NCBI RefSeq assembly: GCF_009834535.1
Contig: NC_045697.1
Span: 85,004,001-85,068,000 of the forward strand
Origin: Camelus ferus
Taxonomy: Eukaryota
Length of the DNA: 64,000 bases
Direction of reading: 5' to 3'
Positions 50,040 to 62,882 of the stretch are shown here, piece after piece (the first letter of the stretch is position 1; every line of letters starts with the position of its first letter). Made by a program: the position numbers and the translations under genes. A model generated the notes under the pieces. It did not search any database. It was not told the origin of the DNA and saw only the letters and a program-made list of their open reading frames with translations.

Positions 50040-50745
50040 TTTGGAGGGACAGGCAAGATGACAGCAGTAGGGCAGCACAAATTTTTCAGTCTCCCATTAT
50101 AAATAACCCAATAAACAGAGGAATTAGGTTAACAAAAATAAACAAACAAATATCATTTTAAACATATTCGGCCAAATCAAGTGACAAGGTATCCCACCTA
50201 CTGAAAAACATTTGGCTGGGCCAGAACACCTAGTGCAACAATATCCATATGGTATAAAAATTAAAAAGGGCAATAGGGAAGAAGACAGAGTGATATCAGA
50301 GAGGCAGAAATAGCCAGAAATTGCTAACAGGATTACAATTCTGAAAATAATGAGCCAGAAAACATTCCTAAATCAGAAACAACGTGCCTACTGCACAGAT
50401 AAAAATTGTAATCCAGTATTTAAAATAAAGCTAAAGCAATTAACAAGATTTAGGAAATCAATATAAGCTATTAATAATTGTATATTGCTGAATTAGAAAA
50501 GCACAGGAAGGATTGAACAACAGGAAAATATGAAATAGTGCTAACAGATCTCAGGAAAGAACGAGAAGTAAAAGAAAAAAGATCACTTCAGAAATTAAAA
50601 CAAAATTAGAAGCAACAAAAGAGCCAATAGACAGGTTAGCATCATAAAGAAAGTAGAAGATGAAAAGGAAGAAAATGGGGGAAAATCAGACATAAAGAGA
50701 TAAAAGGGCTTAAACTGGTAAATGTAATAGGCAGTCAGAGAAAAT
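50040..50745 (+). mobile_element. Ancient L1 5'/ORF1 fragment
   Basis: GGCAAGATGACAG start-like motif followed by A-rich ORF1-like sequence (CAGACATAAAGAGATAAAAG...TAAATGTAATAGGCAGTC). Confidence 0.5.
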
Positions 50746-50749
50746 CCTA

Positions 50750-51740
50750 TGTATGAGTGCCCAGAATACTTTATCACCCCCAAAATGAAACGTCCTGTCC
50801 ACCAGTAGTCATGCCCTACTCCCCACGTACACCAGCACCTAATAACCACCAATCTACCTTTTTTCTATGGATTTACATATTTTCAGCTTTTCATAGGAAT
50901 GAAGCCATACAATATGTGGCTTGGGGTTTGGCTTCTTTCACTTAATAGAATGTTTTCAAGGTTCATTCATGTTGTAGCATGTCTTAACATTTTATTTTTG
51001 AAGGTAGAAAAATAATCCATTGTCTGGAGATACCATATTTTGAATATCTATTTACCAATTGATGGACATTCAGATTGTCACACTTTATTTTGGCTATTAT
51101 GAGTAATTCTGCTGTGCACAGTCATGTACCTTTTTTTGTGTGAATATATGTTGTCAGTTCTCTTGGGTATATACCTAAGACTGGAATTATGGCTCATAGG
51201 GTAACTCTGTGTTTAACATTTGGAGGAACTGCCAAACTGTTTTCCAACGTGGCTGCACCATTTTCCATTCCCACCAGCAAACTATGATAGATCAAGTTTC
51301 TTCCAGTTCTCATCAACACTTGTTGTTGACTGATTTTTTATTATAGCCGTGTTAGTATGTGTGAAATGATTTCTCATTGTGATTTTTTATTTCTATTTTG
51401 CTGGTGGGTAGTAATGTTGAGAATCTTTTCCTGTATTTACTGGCCATTTCTACACCTCCTTTATAGAAATGCCTATTCAAATCCTTTTCCCATTTTCTAA
51501 TTGGGTCATTTGTTCCTATTGTAGAGTTGTAAATTTTCCTTTATATTCTAAATTCTATGCTCCATCAATAATGTTTAAGTGTCTTAATATAAATAGATAC
51601 TGAAATTTGTCATATGCTTTTCTGCCTATTTGAATATGGATATATATTTTTCTTCTCGATGTTATTAATCTTATTCACAATATTAACAGATTTCCTAATA
51701 TTGAACTATGCTTGCACCCTCAAAATACATCAAGGGCATG
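50750..51740 (-). mobile_element. L1MB/MC-like 3'UTR and ORF2 C-terminus
   Basis: TTTTCAAGGTTCATTCATGTTGTAGCATG; TCTCTTGGGTATATACCTAAG; GAACTGCCAAACTGTTTTCCAACGTGGCTGCACCATTTTCCATTCCCACCAGCAA. Confidence 0.88.
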
Positions 51741-54493
51741 AAATACTTTTTTGTGAAGTATTTTTAGAACTATTTTAAGTTGACAGAAAAATTAATGAAG
51801 ATAATATGGAGAGTTCCCATAGACCCCACCCCCAGCTTACTCTATTATTAATTTCTTACATTAGTATGATGCATTTATTACAATTGATGAGCTAATACTA
51901 ACTAATATTCAGATAACAATAATACGTGTTTTTAACTGAAGTCCATCTTCTGTTTGGATTCCCTTAGTTTTTACCTAATACCATCTTCCTGTTCCAGGAT
52001 CCCATCCATGATACCACATTACATTTAGTTGTCATATTTTTTAGGCTCCTCTTGGCTGAGGCAATTTCTCAGACTTTCTTTGGTTTTGATGACCATGACA
52101 GTTTTGAGAAGTATTGGTTTAACATTTTGAATAATATCCTTCATTTAGGATTTGTCTGATGCTTTTTTCATAAGTCTGGGATACTAAGTTTAGAGGAGGA
52201 AGCCCACAGAGAATACCAGTTTAATCATGTAATTTCAAGAGTACATACTACCAACATGACTTACCACTGTTGATGTTAAACTTGATCACCTGGCTAAGGC
52301 AGGGTTTGTCAAGTTTCTCCATCACAAAATTACTCCTTTTTCACCCCCTCCTTTTCTATACTCTTTGGAAGAAAGTCACCAAACACAGACCACACTTAAA
52401 GAGTGAGGAATTGTGTTCCACCTCTTTGAGGGCAGATTGTCTAAATTATTTAGAATTGTTCTGCGTGGGTGATTTGTCTATTCACTTCTCATTTATTATT
52501 TATATAGTCATTTATATTTACATCAATGTGGACTCATGATGTAAATACTTTTTACTTTGAGTTACGGTGAGATACTACTTTCTTCAATTTTTTTGTTCAG
52601 CTGGAGAGCTTTTTCAGTTGATTACTGAGTCCTTCTAACATAGTCCTGTCATTGCTGAGTATTTTTGTTTCTTTGTTTTAAGAGCACTTCCCTGTCTTCC
52701 ATAAGATGCTCCAGGCTCATTTTTGTAGTCCCAGCCCTAGAATCAGTCATTTCTCCAAAAAGCCCTGGTTCCTTTTACGTGGAGAATGGCATTAGAAACC
52801 AAGATCTGGGCACTAGAGATGTTCCCTGCTAGTGAGGTGTCATTGTTTCTAGGCCTTCTCGTCTGACAGCGCTAGAAAATACATGTGTATATTGAGCCAT
52901 GTCCCTGCACCTCTCTATAAATATGTCTGTGTTTCTAACTATCTGTATCTATATTAAGCTAAGCATGACTTTATACTGATGTCTCTAAATCTCATCCATT
53001 ACCTCATGGATCATTCCAGTCTTAATCTGTAAATTCCCACTCCAACTGCGAGAAACCGGCTCCCATCACCTGCTACTTATTTATTTGTTCAGTTACAATA
53101 TACATGCATAGAAGTATCAGTATTTTTAATTTGTATCCCCATGAGACACATTTTATCACTTAGAGCTAGTGTGGAATTTCTTATGCCTTTAGTCTTACAG
53201 ACTCTTCTCGTTTCCAAAGTTACTTAGGTCAATAACTTATCTCCTGTTTCTTTTAGTGAGGTTATTTTATACATTCAATCAACCTCCTAAACAATTTCTT
53301 AAAAATTTGCATACCATTATGTTTCACTCATTGTGCTGTAAAGTTTAATGGATTTTGACAAACATAGCATCATGTATTCATCATTGTTATCATGTGAAAT
53401 AGTTTCACTGCCCTAAAAACCCATCGTGCTTTATCCATTGAATTCTTCCCCCACCCTCATCCAATCTTCGAATCCCTGACAACTACTAATCTTTTACTGT
53501 AGTGATAGTTTTGCCCTTTCCAGTGTGTCATAACACTGGAATCACATGGTATTTAGCCTTTTCAGAGTGACTTCTCCAACTTAACAAGAGCATTTAAGAT
53601 TCATTCATGCCTTTCCATGTGTTACTATCTTATTTTGTTTTATTGCTGAATAATAGTCTATTGTATGAATGTACCATAGATTGTTTATCCATTCACCTGT
53701 TTAAGGGCATCTTGTTTGTTTTCAGTTTGGGGCTATTATGAATAAAGATGCTACAAACATCCATGTGCAGGTTTTTATATGGATATATGCTTTCAGATCA
53801 GTTGGGTAAATATGTAGGGGCATCATTGCTAGATAATGGTAAGATTAGTTTAGCTGTTTAAGAAGCTGCCGACCAACTCCCAAAGTGGCTGTACCATTTT
53901 GAATTCCCTCCAGCAGTAAATAAGCATTTCTGTTGCTCCACCTCTTTACCAACATTGCACTGTTAGATTTTGTTTTTTATTTTAGCCATACTAATATATG
54001 TGTAGTGTTATCTCATTGTTGTTTTAACTTCTAATTCTTTAATGACGAATAATCTTGAACATCTTTTCATATCCTTATTTGCAACATTTTCTTTGCTGAG
54101 GTGTCTGTTCATGTCTTTTTACCATTTTTAAAAATAGGTTGTTTGTTTCCTTACTGTTGAGTTTTCAGAGTTCTTTGTGTATTTCAGGTACAAGTCTTTC
54201 ATCATATAGGTGTTTAGCAAATATTTTCTCCATGTATGTGATTTGTCTTTTCATTCTCTTAACAATGTCATTCATGGAACAGTTTTAAATTTTAATGAAG
54301 TCCAACTTATTTACTTTTCTCTGTGACTATAGTGCTTCTGGTGTCATTTCTAAAAACTTGTCACAAACCCAAGGTCACTTAGATTTTCTCCTATGTTTCT
54401 TCTAGAAGATTTATAGATTTGAGTTGTACGTTTAAGTCTATGAACCACTTTGAGTTAATTTTTGTGAAAGGCACAAGGTCTCTGTCCAGCATC

Positions 54494-54609
54494 TTTTTCT
54501 TTTCTTTTCTTTTCTTTTCTTTTCTTTTCTTTTCTTTTCTTTTCTTTTCTTTTCTTTTCTTTTTTCTTTTCTTTTTTCTCTTCTTTTCTTTTCTCTTCTT
54601 TTCTTTCTC

Positions 54610-54651
<42 letters not shown>
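54494..54651. repeat. (TTTTC)n(TTTC)n tract at the A-tail of the young L1
   Basis: Read directly. Confidence 0.95.
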
Positions 54652-54653
<2 letters not shown>

Positions 54654-55894
54654 AACTTTTTTAATTGATTTATAATCATTTTACAATGTTGTGTTAAATT
54701 CCAGTGTAGAGCACAATTTTTCAGTTGTACGTGAACATATATGTATTCATTGTCACACTTTTTTTCTCTGTGAGCTACCATAAGATCTTGTATATATTTC
54801 CCTGTGCTATACAGTATACTTGTTTATCTATTCTACATTTTGAAATCCAAATCTATCCCTTCCCACTCCCCGCCCCCTTGGCAACCACAAGTTTGTATTC
54901 TATGTCTATGAGTCTGTTTCTATTTTATATTTATGTTTTATTTGTTTGTTTGTTTGTTTGTTTTAGATTCCACATATGAACTATCTCTTATGGTATTTTT
55001 CTTTCTCTTTCTGGCTTACTTCACTTAGAATGACATTCTCCAAGAGCATCCATGTTGCTGCAAATCACTTTATGTTGTCAGTTTTTATGGCTGAATACTA
55101 TTCCATTGTATAAATATACCACACCTTCTTTATCCAGTCATCCGTTGATGGACATTTAGGCTGTTTCCAGGTCTTGGATATTGTAAACAGTGCTGCTATG
55201 AACATTGGGATGCAGGTGTCATTCTGAAATAGGGTTCCTTCTGGATATATGCTCAGGAGCGGGATTCCTGGGTCAAATGGTAAGTCTATTCCTAGTCTTT
55301 TGTGGAATCTCCACACTGTTTTCCACAGTGGCTGCACCAAACTTCATTCCCACCAACAGTGTAGGAGAGTTCCCTTTTCTCCACAGCCTCTCCAGCATTT
55401 GTCATTTGTGGATTTTTGAATGATGGCCATTCTGACTGGTGTGAGGTGATACCTCATTGTAGTTTTGATTTGCATTTTTCTGATAATTAGTGATATTGAG
55501 CATTTTTTCATGTGCCTCTCGATTATTTGTATTTCTTCCTTGGAGAATTGCTTGTTTAGGTCTTCTGCCCATTTTTGGCTTGGGTTGTTTGTTTTTTTCT
55601 TATTAAGTCGTATGAGCTGCTTACATATTCTGGAGATCAAGCCTTTGTCGGTTTCATTTGCAAAAATTTTCTCCCATTCTGTAGGTTGTCTTTTTGTTTT
55701 ACTTCTGGTTTCCTTTGCTATGCAGAAGCTTGTAAGTTTGATTAGGTCCCATTCGTTTATTCTTGCTTTTATTTGTATTTCTTGGGTAGACTGTTCTAGG
55801 AGAACATTTTTGAGATGTATGTCAGATAATATTTTGCCTATATTTTCTTCTAGGAGATTTATTGTATCTTGTCTTATATTTAAGTCTTTGATCC
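54652..55894 (-). mobile_element. Young 5'-truncated L1 (same subfamily as 16087-19095)
   Basis: ORF2 peptides [19 protein letters not shown]...[18 protein letters not shown] and [28 protein letters not shown]; 3'UTR closely matches 18800-19090. Confidence 0.95.
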
Positions 55895-55980
55895 TTTCTT
55901 TCTTCCTTCCTTCCTTCCTTTTTTCCTTTCTTTTCTTTCTTTCTTTCTTCATTTCTTTCTTTTCTTTTTTTTTTTTTTTT
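55895..55980. repeat. TC-rich simple repeat and poly-T
   Basis: Read directly. Confidence 0.9.
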
Positions 55981-56634
55981 GCACATGAACATTTAATTTT
56001 CCCAGGACAATTTGTTGAAAAGACTTATTTTTTCATTCAGTTGCCTTTGCTGTTTTTCAAATATCAGTTGACTGTGTCTATGTGGGCCTATGCCTAGGCT
56101 CTCTGTGCTGTTCCATTGGTCTACATCTCTGTTCTTTCACCAATACCACTGTAGTAATTACTCTAACTTCACAGTAAGCCTTGAAATTTAGTAGTGTGAA
56201 TCCTCCAACTTTATTATTCTTCTCCACTGTTATGTTAACTATTATATGTTTTTTCCCTTTTGTGAAAGCTTTAAAATCAGTCTGCTGATGTCTACAATTT
56301 TCTGGCATTTTGAGTGAGATTTTGTTGAATTTGTGTATAAAGTTGGGAAGAATTGACATCTTAACAATATCTAGTTTTTCAACCCATGAACATAGAATAG
56401 TTTTTCACTTATTTGAATACTCTTTGATTTCTTTCAGCAGAGTTTTGTAGTTTTCTGCATATGGATATGGTATATATCTTGTTAGATGTTGACCTATTGC
56501 ATGTTTTGGTGCTATCATGAGGGGTATTTTATTTAAAATTTTAATTATTGCTGATGTATAGAGAAACAATGATTTTTATAAATTAACATTATATTCTGAG
56601 ACCTTACTGTGATTGCTTATTAGTTCCAGGTCAT

Positions 56635-56825
56635 CATGGTTGCCGGGGGCTAGGATGTGTGGGGAATCGGAAGTGACTGATGGGTGTGGGGTTTCTTTTT
56701 AGTGTGATGAAATATACTGGAATTAGAGAGTGATGATAATTGCATTACTTTGTAAATATACTAAGAGCACTGAGTTATATATTGTAAAAGGGTGAATTTT
56801 ATGGTATGTGAATTATAATTAAGTT
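56635..56825 (+). mobile_element. L1MB/MC-like 3' end
   Basis: TGGTTGCCGGGGGCTAGG...GGGGTTTCTTTTTAGTGTGATGAAATATACTGGAATTAG...GTGAATTTTATGGTATGTGAATTATA. Confidence 0.8.
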
Positions 56826-56863
56826 TGTCTTAAAGTTATTGATGGATATTATAAAAAATACAG

Positions 56864-56889
56864 ACACACACACACACACACACACACAC
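56864..56889. repeat. (CA)n microsatellite
   Basis: Read directly. Confidence 0.9.
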
Positions 56890-56939
56890 CCCTTCAGCCA
56901 GAGTCATTTTCTTTCTTTTGGTGAAAAACAAAAGTTTTT

Positions 56940-57930
56940 GTCTAAAAGCAGGAAAGGACTAGGATACTTTCCAGCCCCTCAGTATTTAACAGTGTGTTGG
57001 AGGTTTTAGCCAAGGTAATTAGACTAAATAAAGTAATTAGTTATAAGAATTGGAAAGTGCAGGAAGAAAAAAATTATTTTTATTTGCAGATGAGAGACTG
57101 TATATGTAAAATCAGAAAGAATGCATAGGAAAATTACCAGAAAATTAAGATAATTTAGTCAAGAACAGATTTTAAATGCTACTTAGAAAAATCAATAACT
57201 TCACAATTAGAAATACTAAGCAGTTAGATATGATGAAAGAGAAAAACTTCACTTATAATAACAATTAAATTAATACCTACTAGAAATTTACAAACATCTA
57301 TGAGGAAGAGCATTAACAAACGCCTGAAAGAAAAATCAATAAACTTAAAATTAATGGAAAGATGTACCATGTAGGCCATAAATGAAAGCATACCATGTTT
57401 TTAGTTAAGAAGATTCAACATTAAAAAATTATAATTTAATGATATTCCAGTAAAAATGCTTGCTTTTGGAACCAGCCAGACAAATTATGAATTTATTTAG
57501 AATATTTGAAATGCAGGAAGGTAGAGCAGTTGTTAGGAAAGAGGAGAACTTCTAGACCTATGATATATTACACATATATTAGAATCTCTATAATTAAAGC
57601 CATGTAGTGCAACAGTAACGCATGCATACCAATGGAAAAGAAGTTTTAAAATCCAACTAAGCCAAATTGTATATGCTAAGTTAGAAAATATTAAAGGAGT
57701 GTCATATCAGTGGGAAGAAAATGATGTGGGGATGACTGGAAAGCCATGTGGCAAGGGACCAGTTTGGATCTGTTTCTGGGTCACGCAAATGAATAAAAAG
57801 AACATATACAGGGATGAATTTCTTTAAAAACTGTGAGTAGGAAAAACATTCTAAGACCCCAAAGCTAGTGGTATTAAAAACAAGATGGATAAATTTGACT
57901 CGGTAAAAACAATAACTTTAAAACACAGAA
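56940..57930 (+). mobile_element. Ancient L1 ORF2 (RT and downstream) fragment
   Basis: GTGTTGGAGGTTTTAGCCAAGGTAATTAGAC, TTATTTGCAGATGA (decayed LFADD), AATGGAAAGATGTACCATG. Confidence 0.7.
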
Positions 57931-59044
57931 ATGTGAGTAATGGGATATAACCTAATTGCATGAACATCTGAAAAGTAACCTTCAATGTATTTAATCATCA
58001 TATGGTTAATGATAATATTAGTATGAAACAATTAAATACAGTAGAATGAAGTAATATGAATGAAAGATTAAGAACAAGTAGAATTGATACTTTTATAACT
58101 TGTGATAAATTTTAATGGTTCATTTCATATGTTTCATACATTCTGTTTTGGGGTCCTTTCTGGACACTTCACATTTTTATTACCATTGTGAGTGAGATGT
58201 TTCCCATTTTATTTCCTACCAGGTTATTGGTAATGCATAAATATGCATGCATATGTATATGTATATTATTAATCTTTGAATAATTTTATTAGACCATCTT
58301 ATTAAACACTCATTACATTTACTGGTATTTTGACCCTTTCAGAGTTTAGTGGGGCAATAAACCTTATGTCTCTCCTCAATTTAAAGCCAACTAAAATGTT
58401 GGCACAAGACCAAACAAGTAGGAAGAGATCAGCTAAGCAGGCAGATTACTAATACTGGCCGCCTGAATTAGACAGACATCCCTCAGTCACAGCGTTGCTA
58501 ACCAGCTAACCTCCCAGGCAGACTTGCCCAGGTAAGCTAATTGCATGGTTGAGGTCAAACTGGAATACAAGTCTGTGTGGGCAACACATCCAGGAGAACA
58601 GAGTAAGATCTTATTTCATTCTTTCAATCAGACTAATCTCTTACAAAGATGCAAGTGAATGGGGAAGATGAACTGAGAAATATTATTCTAGTTGAAGCTC
58701 CTTATCATATAAACTCACAGGCCAAAAGAATGGAGATTCTCCTTAAAATTTTGGTATTTCTTGGATAGTGACTGGATCTAATCACTTATCTATAAAAGTT
58801 ATGACTCTTTTCTTTCCACTACTAAAGTATAGCCATTTCAGTAATTTACATTATTTTCTTATTTCTTTAAAGCATTTGAGTTTATGACTCCAAAGTATAG
58901 GAGGAGATGTTCTAGACTTTGGCTCTGGAAGCTTCGATGAGAGATCCTTTGCAGTTAGTCAGTAATTGTTTATTTTTCTGGATTGCAGTCTATATTTCCT
59001 TAATCCAGGTGCAATAATATAGGTGAGCCAGTACATCACTGGAC

Positions 59045-59560
59045 TTTTTTCTTCCTTATTTTCTTTTTCTCCTTTCCTTTCCTTCCTTCTTTCTTTTCTT
59101 TTCTTTTTTTTCTTTACTTTTTTTCCTTTCTCTGTTCTTTTCTTTTTCTTTTCTTTCTTCTTCTTTCTTTCCTTCCTTCCCTTCCCTTCCTTCTTCTTCC
59201 TTCCTCCTCAGTTCTGGCTTCTATCTTGCTCGATCTCTCTCTTTCTTCTTTCTTTCTTTCTTCTTTCCTTCCTTTTCTTTTTTTGTCTTTTCTGTCTTCC
59301 TTCCTTCTTTTCTTTTTCTCCTTCCTTTTTCTCTTTTTCTTCTTTCTTCTCTTTTTCCTTCCTTTTTTCCTCCTTTTTCCGTTCTTTTCCTTCTTCTTCC
59401 TTCTTTCTTTCTTCTTTCTTCTTCTTTCTTTCTTTCTTCTTCTTTCTTTCTTTCTTTCTTTCTTTCTTCTTTCTTCTTCTTTCTTTCGTTTTCTTTACTT
59501 TCTTTCTTTCTCGTTCTCTCTCTCTCTCTCCTTTTCTCTTCCTTTCTTTCTTTCTTTCCC
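59045..59560. repeat. ~515-bp complex polypyrimidine (TC-rich) low-complexity tract
   Basis: Read directly; mix of TTC, TTCC, TTTC and TC units with very few purines. Confidence 0.95.
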
Positions 59561-60229
59561 AGTCAGCTTATAAAGTGTAATCCTAGAATATGTTTTTCAT
59601 CTTCCACTGCCAGCACTGCAATGCAAATGATGAGAATTGGTTATGGAATTTATTCTATTGCCATTTCTTATCTTTAGTCCCTTACCTAGTACCTTTTCTA
59701 AGTTTTTATATGTCAATATTTTTATGAGAAGTTGGGCAGAAGTGATTAAGAATTTGTAGTTTATTGTCATATTAATCTAGAAATCGAACATTTTTAAAAA
59801 CCAAATCACATTTCCAAATTTTTTGACAAAAGCGCTTAGACTACCACCAAAAGATATATATCTCTGTGTGTCTGTATGTGTGTGTGTATATATATATATA
59901 TATATGTATGTATATACGCTTACACACATCCTGATTATACCCATTTCATGAGGAAGAGATATTCTAAGAGGGCCATTGTGGGAAGAAGGATAAAAAATGA
60001 ATATAAACTACTAATATGTCATCTCTTACACCCTGTAGACAGTATAAGTAAATTAAATTGAAAAACAATTCAGTGGTGGTTGAAAAATGTCAGTACTACT
60101 TGAGGTAAAGCAGGAAGCAGTCAAAAGCTTATTAATGCTGAGAATGAGAAAAAACAATCTGTGAAACAGGCACACACATGCATGCACAGACACACATCTC
60201 ACACAGAGCACACATACATATACATACAG

Positions 60230-60345
60230 CATCAACCATGCACCCGATACTGTTACAATGTTTTAAAATTACATTATTTTCAACATTCACAGCAACTAGA
60301 CAAGGTAGAAATTATATTCCCGATTTATAGATTAGAAAATGCAGG
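60230..60345 (-). mobile_element. MIR fragment
   Basis: CATTATTTTCAACATTCACAGCAAC...GGTAGAAATTATATTCCCGATTTATAGATTAGAAAATG. Confidence 0.6.
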
Positions 60346-61677
60346 GATTTTTTTGCTTTTTAATGCTAGAAGATTCTGAGAATTATCAAATCCAACTGAA
60401 ATATGTCCAGGAGCTCATTGATTAAAGACATCTGTGGAGAAATAAATACAGTGTAATTATTTTGTACAGTGCAAAGTGAGTCATGAAAATTAGTGAAGTT
60501 ATGAATAAACTACAACCACGTAACATCACTAATATCTGTCGTGTATAAAGGAAACAGCTAGTTTATCCTGGGAAAGCATATCTATGCAAATTGAATGATC
60601 CTCCCACTTTTAGTATTATCTTCATTAGTCTGAACTTGTTTCTCAGTTTTGAGTATAATCCTAAAGTGGAGAGAAATGTGAAATCATCACATCTTATTTT
60701 CCAAAATGTGAGATTGTACATATTTTGAAATGAGATTGAACATCTGAAATATTACACCAGAATCATGTCTTTGCTTAGCTTTTGCCTCCTAACTGATGTG
60801 TGGCTTAAGTCTTATGAGTCTTAAAATTTTATATTCTTACTATAGGATAGCTGTTGGCTAAATATGCATCTTGAGAGATAGAGGTTCTGTAGCAGTCAGA
60901 TTTCAGTGTGACTTCTGTGTCCACTTCACTTTTCTTTGGATATATGATTTTTTCTCACTTCCTTGTCAGGCTTTTGATAATTCAGGATTTTTTTCCCTTA
61001 TGATCTCAAGAGATTTTTCTCCTGTCAAAAGACAAAATCCTAATTTTTCACATATAAATTAAATAATATGAGATCTGGAGTACAGAGAGAAGCATAATTC
61101 TTTGCAGAGTATAGACATAATCGTTCTTCCAGGAAAAATTCCTTTCAGATGTGAGCAAAATCGGAAACACATTTCCCTTTGTCAGATGACACTCACTTAC
61201 CAGATGAAGGAGAAGTCACCTTCAGGATAACTCAAGGATAAGAAAAATGGGGAAAGGCAAGTCCAGGGACCGGCATGCACTCTGACAAGGGTTACTCTTT
61301 CCTGAGTATACTTCAGATACTCATGGACAGTTAGAGTCAGAAGTGCCCATAGAGGTGAACCCCCATGTTTTCTAGGTGGGAGAACAGAGCCCCTGTCTAG
61401 GCTAGAAGAGAGGTATCTGGCTCTTATTCCAGTTCCTTGAGCTGAAACATTCAACTCACATTTCCATTTTCTGCCTTTTTACAAGTCTTATGTAAGGAAA
61501 TAATATTAAAATCAAGTCAGAAGGCTAGTGATCAGAATATTTGCATTTATTTCCCTTCTTGATATGACATTTCAGAGCATTAGTTATGCTTAAGTGAAGC
61601 CAAAAAAACCCTTGGGATCAAAAATGATCCATCTGTTTACATTTTGATGTGGGATAACTAGGGTCTGGTGATTATCG

Positions 61678-62168
61678 AGGGCATCCTTGTCTTGTTTCTG
61701 ATCTTAGAGCTTTGAACTGTTGAGTAAGATGTTGGCTGTGAGTGTATCATACATGGCCTTTATGATGTTGGAATATGTTCCCTCTATGCCCACTTTATTG
61801 AGAGTTTTTATTATAAATGGATATTGACTTTTGTCAAAAGCTTTTTTTGTATCTATTGAGGTGATCGTATGATTTTTATTCTTCAGTTTATTATATGGTG
61901 TCTTACATATTGATTTGTGGATATTGGACTATCCTGAGTATTGCATCCCTGGAATAAATCCCACTTGATTGTGGTGTATGATCTTCTTAATGTGTTGTTG
62001 AATTTGGTTTGCTAATATTTTGATGAGGATTTTTCTGTCTGTGTTCATCAGTTATATTGCCCTGTAGTTTTCTCTTCTGTGGTCTCTTTCTCCGGTTTTG
62101 GTATCAGGGTGATGCTGGCCTCAAAGAATGAGTTCAGAAGCATTCCTTCCTCTTCAGTTTTTTGGAAT
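61678..62168 (-). mobile_element. L1 ORF2 reverse-transcriptase fragment
   Basis: GGGCATCCTTGTCTTG (reversed RQGCP), TTGTCAAAAGCTTTTTTTGTATCTATTGAG (IDxKKAFDK), GGTATCAGGGTGATGCTGGCCTC (EASITLIP). Confidence 0.9.
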
Positions 62169-62774
62169 TTGTGATTATAAGATTAACCATAAAACAAAAA
62201 CCTTCCAGTGGATTTGGTCTAGCTTATCTAGGCTGAGACACAGTGATGCAAGTGCAGTTGCTTAACTATGGCCCACAGTAGCTGTTATTGCTCTTGTATA
62301 TATAACTGTGTCATTTAAATAGATACATAGTCACTTACGAATGTTCTGGAATCTCTAAATTTATGAAAAGGGCCCTTATTCTGTGGTACACCCCAGAGCA
62401 CTCTGGTCAGTACTCTGCAAATAACTAATAAACTCTCGTTATAAAGCAGTATATGGATAAAACCCAACTCACAAAAAGGTTCCCATTGAAATCCATAAAG
62501 CAATACATTAATAGCTATCTGAACAATTTAGTAAGAAGATAACTTCTTGTTCCTTAAAAACATTTAGTTACCACCTGTCTCATTCAAAAATTTTCTCTGA
62601 TTCAGTGAAATAATCTTCTACCCACAGACCCTCATAATTATTCCTAAGTTTCAATACTAGATATTGTACCAATTATTTTTTTCTTTGTGAAAGATGTTGA
62701 TATTGGAATAGTATATTCTTTGTTTCCAGAGAATTTGATATACAATCAGAGATTTTTTAAATTTACGTCTTAAA

Positions 62775-62882
62775 TTTTTTAATTTAATTTTTTATTTTTA
62801 TACAATTTTGAAAGGTTACTTTTCATTCACAGTTATCACAAAATATTGGCTATATTCCCCATGTTGTACAATAAGTCCTTGA
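62775..62882 (-). mobile_element. Short L1 3' end
   Basis: AATTTTGAAAGGTTACTTTTCATTCACAGTTATCACAAAATATTGGCTATATTCCCCATGTTGTACAATA. Confidence 0.7.

Larger units (their letters stand above)
51750..56630 (-). mobile_element. Older L1 (L1MC/MD-like long 3'UTR plus ORF2 3' half), interrupted at 54494-55980
   Basis: 3'UTR motifs GAGAGTTCCCATAGACCCCAC and CAGCCCTAGAATCAGTCATTTCTCCAAAAGCCCTGG; ORF2 remnant MSILPNFIHKFNKI...KVGGFTLLNFKAY; host sequence is colinear across the insertion. Confidence 0.88.

Noticed and set aside
55465..56097. 210-aa plus-strand ORF
   Set aside because: Antisense reading of L1 ORF2 plus simple repeat; 17528-17983 is likewise antisense to ORF1.
61190..61260. Strong minus-strand donor CTG|GTAAGT near 61200
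   Set aside because: An isolated site; the candidate exon is tiny or ambiguous and gives no recognisable peptide.
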